This document shows positions 49,696 to 60,702 of a stretch of 64,000 bases of DNA, piece by piece; the first letter of the stretch is position 1, and each line of letters opens with the position of its first letter. The notes beneath the pieces were generated by a model. That model worked only from the letters and a program-made list of their open reading frames with translations, was not told where the DNA came from and searched no databases. A program made the translations under genes and the position numbers. This DNA is from Mytilus edulis (lineage: Eukaryota): assembly GCF_963676685.1 (NCBI RefSeq), contig NC_092354.1, positions 22,940,001-23,004,000 of the forward strand, given 5' to 3'.

Positions 49696-51899
49696 TTGAT
49701 TTATTGATTGTTGGTTGCTTTACGCCGCATTAGCACAAAGAGGCTATATCGCGGCGAGAGCTAATTCAAATATTTTTACAATTTAAAGCATACTTTTAAA
49801 ATAAGACAAAAAGTCCTTCAATATACTAAAATTCTAGACTAAAGCAAAATGATTATATACAAATAAAAATCAACAGTAAAATAACGTGATAAAAATTAAA
49901 AACGATTTAAATATCATAACATTTTCATATTCTATAATAAATTCCAATTTCTTTTAAAAATGCAACAATATTTGTAAATGGAACATTATTGAATAAATCA
50001 TACATATTATTGACATTGAAATGCTTCTTACGAATATCAGCAAAGTCAATACAATTAATTAAAACATGTTTAATAGTATACTTGCAGTTGCAAGGAACAC
50101 ATTGTGGTTCATCTTCATTTTTAACCGGATTTTTGTGACAAAAATGTCGGTTATTGATTTGGGGATGTACGGCGGGCGGCCGGGCGGTCGGGCGGGCGGG
50201 CGGGCGGCAATCAAATGTTGTCCGTGCATTAACTCATGAACCGTTCAACCAAAGCTTTTAAAATTTTAATATGTTATTACTGACAACTATACGAAGGTCA
50301 AGTTCAATAATGGCGATTTTGACTTTTACCGTTCAGGAGTTATGGTTCTTGAAAGGCGGCAATCAAATGTTGTCCGTGCATTAACTCATGAACCGTTCAA
50401 CCAAAGCTTTTAAAATTTTAATATGTTAATACTGACAACTATACGAAGGTCAAGTTCAATAATGGCGATTTTGACTTTTACCGTTCAGGAGTTATGGTTC
50501 TTGAAAGGCGGCAATCAAATGTTGTCCGTGCATTAACTCATGAACCGTTCAACCAAAGCTTTTAAAATTTTAATATGTTATTACTGACAACTATACGGAG
50601 GTCAAGTTCAATAATTGCGATTTTGACTTTTACCGTTCAGGAGTTATGGTTCTTGAAAGATTGAAAAATGGAGTTTTCAGTCGTGTCCGTGCATTTACTC
50701 ATGAACTGTTCTACCAAAGCTTCCCAAATTTTAATATGTTGTTACTGATGACAGAATGGAGGTCAAGTTTAATAATGACGATTTTGACTTTTACCGTTCA
50801 GGAGTTATGGTTCTTGAAAGATTGAAAAATGGAGTTTCCAGTCGTGTCCGTGCATTTATGCATGAACTGTTCTACCAAAGCTTCCGAAATTTTAATATGC
50901 TGTTACTGATGACAAAATGGAGGTCAAGTTCAATAATGACGATTTTGACTTTTACCGTTCAGGAGTTATGGTTCTTGAAAGATTGAAAAATGGTGTTTCC
51001 CGTCGTGTCCATGCATTTTCTCATGAACCATTCAACCAAAGCTTTTGAAATTTTAATATGTTGTTACTGATGACAAAATAGAGGTCAAGTTCCATAATGA
51101 CGATTTTGACTTTTACTGTTCAGGAGTTATGGTTCTTGAAAGATCGTAAAATGGCGTTTCCATTCACGTTGTTGCATTTACTCATAAACCATTCAATCTA
51201 AGCTTTTCAAATATTATTATTTCAAAATGTTGATACTGATGACAAAATAGAGGTCAAATTTGATATTGATGATTTTCACTTTCACCATTCATCAGTAATG
51301 ATATCATCTGATATTGCCAGGACACAAATAAATGTAAATAAATCCGGTTTGCTGTCGTTGTGACAGCCTCTTGTTTAAAAGATACTCGTGTGTTATTCTA
51401 GTATGACCAATACGACATCTAGTAATAACACACTGATCTTTTCTGCACATAATATTATTAAAAGGTTTGCCTAAATTAGGTTTAATTTCATGCAATTTAT
51501 TATCATCTTTTTTACTCCATTTATTTTTCAATATATTGAAAACATATTCTCTAATATTAGATTTAAAATCAGTATATGGTATATCACAGTTAGATAGAGG
51601 GTCACCCAGGGCATTCTTTGCCTCAAGGTCTACAGCTGTGTTTCCAAGGATTCCAACATGACTCGGAACCCATAGAAATATTATTTCTTTCAGAAGAATT
51701 TTTAAATTCCTCATTACATACAAAATTTTGAGAATTGTTGGGTTTTTAATTTTAGTATTTCGTATAGCTTGTAAGCATGAAAGTGAATCCGAACATATAA
51801 TAAATTTTGATTTATCTGAAGAAGCAATAAATTTCAAAGCCAAAATTATTGCTTCTGCTTCAGCAGTAAAGATGGATGCATCAGATGGCAAACGGAGAG
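49696..51899 (-). mobile_element. 5'-truncated I/Nimb-clade LINE (RNase H + CCHC) with TSD, interrupted by HINE-1
   Basis: SIFTAE, SDSLS, WVPSHVGILGN, RCRIGHT, CVPC..TIKHVLINC, stop at 49925; (CAAT)n tail; 13-bp TSD GCCCTGCTGTTGA at 49683-49695 and 51900-51912. Confidence 0.93.
50121..51375 (+). mobile_element. HINE family 1, second copy with expanded internal array
   Basis: Same termini as 13095-13868; removal restores HEYLL-KNEDEPQC. Confidence 0.93.
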
Positions 51900-53039
51900 G
51901 CCCTGCTGTTGACATTTCCTCTTTAGTATTATCTGTTTCTGTAATAAACTCAACAGAAAGAGTTACTGTAGTTCAAATAACTCGTCAACTGAACGATACT
52001 ACGAATCAGTGTCAAATGAGTGTCGGAATTAGGGCAGGAGGGAAGGAGGTATATTTGCATCCATTTGCCCTATGGTTTGTACTTTTTGTCCATTACTCCC
52101 TCCATAATATTACTATTTTAGCACCTCATTTTTGGCCCATTTTTCTATTATTTATACTTTGGCCATTATTCTCTTGTTCTGTAAACCTCAATTCACACAG
52201 ACCAATGGGAAATGGGTTGTCGGACCAATGGGTAATCGGGGGTGTCGGACCAATGGATAACAACTGGATAAAAACGTGTTAATGACGTTGTGTTGTAAAA
52301 GCAATATAAAGCTTCTCAATGATCAAAATTGGTGTTTGTCAAACTGCTATATAACCAGTGTAATTTTTCTGACAAAACGGTTGGTTCAAAATTTTTCAAA
52401 TTTTTATAGTTTTGTTAAAGGGTCAAAGTAAATACTTTGACAAAATTTTATGAAAATTAAACGAGCCAAATTAATTTTAGTGAAATAGGTGGGTACCACC
52501 TTAAAGTGAGTCCAACAATTATTTCATGATCTATCTTTATATCTGAATATCGGACCCATTTGCTTAATTTATAAATGTGACAATTTTTAAAATTTCCCTT
52601 ACATATATACTGTACTGTCATAGATATAAGAAGATAGGGTGTGTTCCATTCAATAACAATTTATAAAACTCAACCATTATAACCCCATGTCAAACACTCC
52701 AACCTAGAGGGCCAGTTCATTTGTAGTCCAGGTTTCCATCCTCTAGAAGGGCTGCTGTCGTGAGCTTTTGAATCCATTCTATCCAGGTTTGTTTTCGAAG
52801 TTTACCATCTCCTAGATTAGTTGCCTTACTAGGCTACGACTCTCATCTAACCGCCTATTTACCTATAGCTGAACAAGGTTGATGAGTGCTAGGGTATGTC
52901 CACACAACTGTGGGTCTACACACTGCATCTCTAGGGCCCTTGCTGCTCCGAGATCTCCTGCAGTTTAGCCTGAGGTACTAAGACCCCAGTTTACGTGCAC
53001 TATCGCGGGAGTCTTGATAGTGTAGAAGCTATGTACTGG

Positions 53040-53430
53040 CAGGAAAGACTTGCACACTCGGCTTTCTTTTCGAACATCATGTATGCAAGCCAGCGGTAGT
53101 TGACAAATTAATGAATTTTAACCACACTTGACGCATATCACTATCTTGTGGAATAAACACCTAGCGCACATCATGGGAAAAAGAAATAACCACCAGATGG
53201 TTTTGTTAAAGAAAGCAAAACTGGTGCCATCCCAATCAACTTTTCAACATCAGACCACTGAAGCTGATTGATGTAACAACTGTATCAATAGTTCTTCGGT
53301 TAGTGCATGTTACACTTGATTGTGAGGGTGGTAAATGTTCTTTCAGTATCAAGCAAAGTTTAACAAAATGTGAAATGCCAGTTCATCAAACACTCAACTG
53401 TTCACAATATTTTCATTGTCAATATGGGGC
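53040..53430 (-). pseudogene. Possible THAP-domain remnant
   Basis: FIPQDSDMRQVWLKFIN followed by a frameshifted ESRVC-like motif. Confidence 0.35.
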
Positions 53431-53589
53431 ATTCATGTACTTTAAACTTTTAATTTATCAAAAAACGAAGGATTTTCTTATCCAAGGCATAGATTAAGAT
53501 AGCCGTTTTTGGCACAACTTTTTGGAATTTTAGGTTCTCAATGCTCTTCAACTTTGTACTAGTTTGGCTTTATGGATATTTTGATATGA

Positions 53590-53633
53590 GCGTCACTGAT
53601 GAGTCTTATGAAGACGAAACGCGCGTCTGGCGT
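53590..53633 (+). ncRNA. Minimal type I hammerhead ribozyme (family 1), intact, within a retrozyme-like fragment ~53468-53668
   Basis: Stem I GCGTCA/TGGCGT, CTGATGA, stem II GTCTT/AAGAC, GAAA, C-GCGC-G, GTC cleavage after 53627. Confidence 0.92.
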
Positions 53634-54329
53634 ACTAAATTATAATCCTGGTACCTTTGATAACTATTTGCATACTTAGAATTACAAAAAGGCAAAACAT
53701 ATCATTATGATAACAAGTTTTTTAAATACTTGTTTAAATATTTATATTTCTAATTTAAGAACATGTACATCAAAAGGATCAAGGTGTGACAAAAGAAAAA
53801 AGGTTTGCATTTAAAACTGACAGAAACAACTGAAGAAGAGATAGATACCTCAAACCAAGAACAGCCGAAGTACCACTGGAAGTTGCAGAAAGTGCATAAC
53901 ATGATGCAATCATCATTCCCACAGGAGCAGATAGAACTTTCATGACTGAGGAAATAATTACTGAGGACAAAGTCTTGAAAACAGCAGATATGTCGAAGAA
54001 GGGTGTAAAAACGAGAGCTGAAAATAAGGAGATCTTAAGAAAACCAGATAAAATATCGGAAAAATTGACAATAGAGTTTGATGATGGGACAAGAGGGGGA
54101 AAAAGTTCCAGAACAGAAGAAAATAGGTAAGAATTAACTAAGGTATCAATGTATCAATATTTATTCATGCTGTTTTATAAATGTAAGAATTAATGGTATG
54201 ATTGTTGATGATAAAACTCTACCAGAGAACTCATGACATATAAAAGTTGATTTAAGAAAAATATATACTCTCTTTCCAAAATATTTCAGAGGTCAGTCAA
54301 AATGAGGTTCGTATCAGTATTTAGAAAGC

Positions 54330-54730
54330 CATAACCTCATAATAAGAAAGGAACATTCAGGCTATGTTTGATTTCATTGAAAAGTCCCCCACTGGCGGTC
54401 ATCTTGGATGATGGATCAGCTACAAAGTAACATCACTTGGTCAGCACCTCATAAGGAACATTCATGCCATGTTTGAATTCATTCCATTCAGTTGTTATCT
54501 CAAATAAGTCATTGTTATGCATTTCCCATAGGGTCCTATGTTTAACTAAGTCCCCCATGTTTGGTTTCATTCCATTCAGTGGTTCTCTAGAAGAAGTTCA
54601 AAATGTAAAACGTTAACGACGACGACGACGGACGCCAAGTGGTGAGAAAAGCTCACGAAGGGGCAGGTGAGATTAACTAGAGGCTCTAAAGAGCCTGTGT
54701 CACTCACCTTGGTCTATGTGAATATTAAAA
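54330..54730 (-). mobile_element. HINE-3-type fragments joined head to tail
   Basis: GACG microsatellite and GCTCAC..CAGGTGAG end directly followed by AACTAGAGGCTCTAAAGAGCC. Confidence 0.7.
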
Positions 54731-54814
54731 GTAAACTTTATTTATATAAGAATCTTAAACAAAATTTACGTTTTGAAGACTATTTGAGAACATCAAACTT
54801 TACATATAGAAAAT

Positions 54815-56317
54815 TAATAATAATAGTTTACTATCCACGGCGGTTACTGAGTTTATTATATAGAGAGGGTCTATATAATATGTCAATGACCGCCGTGGAT
54901 CGATTAGTAAATTGAGAGTTGATAGTAAAAAGGAAATACCAGGGGCGGATCCAGCCATTTTAAAAAGAGGGGATCCCAACACAGGTTAAAATCAATGACC
55001 GCCGTGGATCGATTAGTAAATTGAGAGTTGATAGTAAAAAGGAAATACCAGGGGCGGATCCAGCCATTTTAAAAAGAGGGGATCCCAACACAGGTTAAAG
55101 GGTGTGTGGGGGGGGGGGGGGGGGGGGGGGGGTGGGGAGTTCCATCTATATTTTCAAGTTTACTATCCACGGCGGTCACTGAGTTTATTATATAGAGAGG
55201 GTCTATATAATATGTCAATGACCGCCGTGGATCGGTTAGTAAATTGAGAGTTGATAGTAAAAAGCAAATACCAGGGGCGGATCCAGGCATTTTAAAAAGA
55301 AGGGGGGCGGATCGAGCCATTTTAAAAAGAGGGGATCCCAACACAGGTTAAAGGGTGGAGGGGGTTCCTGCATTGATCGGTGAAAAAAGGGGGGTTCCAA
55401 CCCCCGGACCCCCCATTTGGATCCGCCGATGAATACACTTTATTTACATTAATGTATGTTCATAATATACAGATTAATGCTAACATTATTAAAATCAATA
55501 GATAAAAAAAATATAGGAGTTTTGGAGGGGAAAAAAATAGGAGCCGGGCTAGAAAAACAATTGTCATTTCCCAAAGTACAAAATGTACCTATAACTTTTG
55601 ATACCTTTTCTGAAATTCTTAAATAGAGGGGTCTATATAATATCAATGACCGCCGCGTATTGATTAGGTAACTGATAATTGATAGTAAAAAGAAAACACA
55701 CTTTATTTATAGTACTGTATGTTTATAACAGACTAAACGTATGCTCATATTGTAATAAATAGAAAGAAAAAAAAAAAAGACTTTTTGAGAAATATAAGAC
55801 TGCCCTTTAGGCCTGTTTTGAAATTAAACATAATTTGCATAAGTACTTGGGACAGAACAATTGTTTTTTGAGTTTTTTTCTGTATACTATGATCATACAT
55901 ATACTATAGATAAATTGTATTTGCTATTAATATATATTATCAATTCCAATATAATTTTCTATCAACAGCGGTCACTGAAATATTTCTGTATACTACATAC
56001 ATATATACTATGAATAAAGTGCATTAATTTGCTATAATTAACTATAAATTCCAATAGTTTGCTGGGGTGACTTTAAATATATCAGTGACCGTTTTATATA
56101 GTAATTATAGTATATATATATACATGCATGTTCATAGTATACAGAAAAACAGAAAGAATAAAAATCGGTATTTGGATAAAAGGGGGAGGGCAAAACAAAT
56201 GTGCCCAGTTCCCAAGTACCTTTGACTTTTGATACCTCTCCCGGAATTCTGCAGTTACAATTAATTTTACAGTTTACATGCGCTCTATTTCCCCGCGATT
56301 TCGCGGGTGTGTTCTAG
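54815..56317 (+). mobile_element. Non-autonomous Helitron with internal tandem repeats and a captured GGGGCGGATCC MITE
   Basis: 3' hairpin CCCGCGA-TT-TCGCGGG (56292-56307) then CTAG|T; repeated palindrome ATCCACGGCGG..CCGCCGTGGAT; 5' end approximate. Confidence 0.65.
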
Positions 56318-57155
56318 TACATATTTAATATAGGTTTATATTTCACATTCACTTTTTAAATCTGATTACAACAGTTTATTTAAAATAGAGATCTTTTACC
56401 CCCCCCCCCCCCCCCCCCTTCCTTTTTTTTCGATATTAACCTTTGTATTATAAAGAAAATATCTGATTCAGAGTTAAAATCTATTTTTATCTCTGATCAT
56501 GTTTCATCGAATGAGGCTGTGTACCTAGCAGTATGGGGTTAATATAAATGACATGTTAATTTGAAGTTATGCAGTTAACTGATAAAAATACTCATAAGGT
56601 GCCTAGTCAAATCGACAAGGTTTCACTGGCTTATCGCGTAAACCCCTTATTGATAACAAAATAATTTATTCATGTAGTAATTTTTTTTGTTTTTTATTCT
56701 CAGAGCAACTTCCCCAACTGGTGAATCCAAGACCAAGGCCAGTTAATTATAACCAACAAGAAAGCTTTTATACAATAGATCAACAATGGTATTACCATGT
56801 TCCAAGGGAATACATTGAAAGACAGAGGTATCATTCACCTATCCAGAACCAATGGTACCAGACACCAGTGCCTCAGAGACCGTATCCTACTCACCGGTAT
56901 CCTGTTCACCAGCACCCCATTGCAGCCATTATATTTTAAACATGAAACCCAAACAGACGAAGAACCTGTTAGAAAGCATCAGAAGTTTATGTTTACACAG
57001 CAGACTGAAGTGTGTATGTCCTCGGTAATTGCCATAGAGAAAGATGCCTCACCAAATTCCAAAAAGAGAATAAGAGTAGAGAAAAACAAAATGAATGTAA
57101 GTACAGTATATTTGTAATGTTTGTATTTGAAATGTGCATTTCATTTATATGATTA

Positions 57156-57361
57156 CTGTGGATTCATTAATATTCGTTGGATACCAATTTTCATGGATTT
57201 CGTGGGTACAGGAGAACCACGAATTCCAATGTTCAACGAAATACAAATTTTGTAAAGGAATGAGTGTAGACCTTGCCAAAACCATATTTAAATATCCACG
57301 AATATGCAAGTTTTCCTCAAACCACGAAAATTGGTACCCATGAAAATAAATGAATCCACAG
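57156..57361. mobile_element. TA-target MITE (Tc1/mariner-like)
   Basis: TA|CTGTGGATTCATT ... AATGAATCCACAG|TA. Confidence 0.9.
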
Positions 57362-57764
57362 TACCTGATAATATAATTGTTATCCAAAGTCTTGACTTAA
57401 GGGCATACGATACAGTTTCGATCCTGTATTTACAAGTTCAAGAAAATTTGCATATAGGCTATTTTTTACCTGACTAAATCAAATATGTAAGAAAAAATAT
57501 ACCTTCATGTGCTACTTTTTGAGTAAAATGAGGTCGAAATTTTGTATATTTGCTCAAAATTCAGATTTGTGGCCGTAATTTCTTTTTCGAAAGAAAGACA
57601 TAACTTTTTTGTTATAAAAGATAAACTCAAATTGGTTTTTGTTAAATAATCAGTAATTTCTGTATTTTATAAGTATCCTAAAAAAATATGCAATTTTTTA
57701 TTCAGTAATAACTTACATTTTACTGTAAATTTGACCACTTTTTTTATATTTGTAATTGATGTAA

Positions 57765-58038
57765 TCTTAAATCTGTCATTTGACCAAGACAACTTTCTAA
57801 TATGTATTGATAATTGTATTTGATGTTACCTTAAATCGGTCATTTGACCAAGAAAACTTTCTAATATTTATGATAATTGTATTTGATGTTACCTTAAATC
57901 GGTCGTTTGAACAAGACAACTTTCTATTATGTATTAATAATTGTATTTGATGTTACCTTAAATCGGTCATTTGACCAAGACAACTTTCTAATATGTATTG
58001 ATAATTGTATTTGATGTTACCTTAAATCGGTCATTTGA
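57765..58038. repeat. 64-bp tandem repeat x4.3
   Basis: TTAAATCGGTC at 57831, 57894, 57958 and 58022. Confidence 0.92.
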
Positions 58039-60320
58039 GCACTATACCACTTTTTCATAGAGAGGGTGGAAAAAAACTTCAAAATGTATAATAGACGTGC
58101 AGTTACATTTATTGGTGTAACTCACCATGCTAACAGATGACCCAGAGTCAGTAATGTGTTTATGCATACATTGTAAAGGTTTATTTGTTTCAAAAGATGA
58201 ATGTACAAAATATTTACTTTAGGTAAAGAACTAAAATCCCCTGTTGAAAAAGCAAAAGAAAAAAGGAAAGAAATAAAAAAAATATATGGTGAACTACAAG
58301 CCTTGAAAATCATTGCTAAAAGTAGGAGATATCATAGTGGAGGAATATGTCGATACCACTAAAGGCATCTCAGAAGAGGACAGAGATGATTTAACAGCGT
58401 ATCTGTGCACTTTCGAGGAATTAAATTTTACTTTCTTGGATATACTATCAATGGTGCATGACACAATTTCCTTTATTATTCATCACTCAGACTCAGATAG
58501 AAAAGGTACAACTCCAGTTTATATTGTAAACTTTAATATACAAATGTCCTTGTGTAACAAACAACATATCTTATCAAAATTCTTAATCAATTACATGAAC
58601 AACTTTGTTAATTGTCAAGCCTGCAACTTTTGTCGCAGAAAGATGACAGATAGTGATCTGGCAGTGGCAGCTGTTTTAACTAACTTCTACAAATGCTTTT
58701 ATTTAGAAGGTTGAAGACCTGATTGCTTTATATACTTTGTATATAGCCGGTGCCGTATGTTTTCGTCTGTCACATGTCCATAGTTCCGGACCTCATTTTT
58801 TGTGGTTCAGTCACTACTTGAAAGAAAAGTCAGAAATTTATTATGTTAATTTCTCTCTTATTATTAGTAAAACTATATTTCAAGGTCCTCATTCCCCTCA
58901 GACAGATTTCACTCGATGTCAACCTCAATGATCAGTGTCATCAGAAATTGACCTCATTTTCATGGTTCAGTAGTTATAGTTACGTTTTTTTGTGTCTGTT
59001 TTTCTTTCACCTTTTGCACAAGGGGTATATTTGGTGCATGGGCTGATTGTAAGGTGTACATGTTCATCTGGCAGGTGTCTTCTGACCTTTGCCTAATTTT
59101 CAAAGATCAGTGGTTACAGTTATTTTTTTTAGATTTTTTTTTATACTATATTTAAAATGTCAACTATGTTTGGTGTATTGAAATATCTTATGAACATGCC
59201 AGTCTTGCAGGTTTTATTTGACTGTGACCTCATTTTCACAGTATTTTTTTTTTTTTTTTATCTATTTTCTTAAACTAAATGCACTAGATTAACTGTATGT
59301 GTTGTACAAAAGGGATGTAAAAGGGTTACCTCATCATCCTGTCACGAATGTAAACAAACCAGGAAAAGTACGGGTAGTTTTTGACTGCGCAGCTAAATAT
59401 CAAAGAATATCACTCAACAGTAAACTCTTACAAGGACCTGATCTCATTAACAGTTTGGTTGGTGTTTTAATTAGATTTAGACAGGAGCAGATAGCCTTAT
59501 CAGCCGACATCGAAGCTATGTTCCATCATGTTCGTGTGCAAGAGGAGGACTGTGATGCCTTGCTTTTTCTAAAGTGGCCTAACGGTGACTTAAACCAGAA
59601 ACCCAGAAGTTATTGCATGCAGGTACATTTGTTTGGTGCTACATCGTCACCAAGTTGTGCAGGATATGCATTAAAACGGACAGCAAGAGATTATTCCCAT
59701 CTTTTTTATCCGGAAGTATCTACTACAGTAGAGACATTTTTTAATGTTGACGATTGTCTGAAGTCTGTGTCATCCGAGCAGGCAGCTATTTAACTCGCTA
59801 TTGACTAAGAGTCACTTATGAAAATGTTACCTTATGGGTGGGTTCCGACTAACACAATTGGTCAGTAATAGTAGAGATGTATTAAAAGCTATACCAGAGT
59901 CTGCACTTGCTCCTGCTGTAGTAAATCTTGGCCCTGGAGATGTGCTGCCGAACGATAAGGCCCTTGGTGTAATTTGGGATGTCAATGAAGATAAAATTAG
60001 GTTAAAGGTAAAATTAACAGATAAACCGTTAACTAGACGTGGTATATTGTCAATTGTAAGTTCAATATTTGATCTGTATTGAAAGTTTGTCTGTGAATCG
60101 CTGTTTTCGACCAGAGGAATTTCAACACATTAAGAACGCTCAATTGCACCTTTTCAACGATGGGATATAACTTGGTTATGGAGCGTGTGCCTATCTGAGA
60201 CTAGTTGATGGCAATGACAAAATTACTTGCTCTTTAATCTTAGAAAGGCACGACTAGCATCAATTAAACAGATGTCAATACCAAGACTTGAATTATCAGG
60301 AGCTGTCACTGCATGCCGCT

Positions 60321-60702
60321 TGCAACAAAATTGGTACCGTTGATTTTATTACTACCACTGGGTCGATGCCTCTGCTGGTGGACTATTAGTCCCCGAGGGT
60401 ATCACCAGCCCAGTAGCCAGTACTTCGGTACTGGCATGAAAATACGGATTTTTTTGTGTAATTAAAATTTGCTGTTACAAAATATTAAAAATTATTATAA
60501 ATTAAGGAATGTATCTCCCTCGTGCACAGCTCTGATTCCTTTCACGAATTTGGCTATACTTTTTGGACCTTTTGGATTATAGCTCTTCATCTTTTATATA
60601 AGCTTTGGATTTCAAATATTTTGGCCACGAGCATCACTGAAGAGACATGTATTGTCGAAATGCGCATCTGGTGCAACAAAATTGGTACCGTTGATTTTAT
60701 TA
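60321..60702 (+). mobile_element. Non-LTR retrozyme insertion (351-nt unit + 31-nt terminal redundancy)
   Basis: Direct repeat TGCAACAAAATTGGTACCGTTGATTTTATTA at 60321-60351 and 60672-60702; removal restores Pao GAVTACRL-YQILNDE. Confidence 0.9.
60631..60674 (+). ncRNA. Minimal type I hammerhead ribozyme (family 2), intact
   Basis: Stem I GCATCA/TGGTGC, CTGAAGA, stem II GACA/TGTC, GAAA, T-GCGC-A, ATC cleavage after 60668. Confidence 0.92.

Noticed and set aside
42084-51899. Simple inversion as the cause of the split LINE
   Set aside because: Disfavoured, though not excluded, because the minus piece keeps a perfect direct 13-bp TSD at both ends
52690-53040. RTE-like LINE 5' UTR
   Set aside because: Resemblance from memory only, with no linked coding sequence
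55108-55133. Poly-G tract / polyproline ORF 55069-55344
   Set aside because: Homopolymer within a repeat; its length may be a sequencing artefact
53900-57097. Plus-strand exons at ~53900-54127 and 56704-57097
   Set aside because: Splice-like signals exist, but frames are broken and low-complexity; no product assignable
57765-58038. CRISPR-like arrays (also 26356-26430, 39160-39502)
   Set aside because: Contiguous tandem repeats without unique spacers; eukaryotic context, no cas genes
58313-58714. 133-aa ORF with CxxCxxC
   Set aside because: Non-ATG start and no recognisable family; cannot support a call
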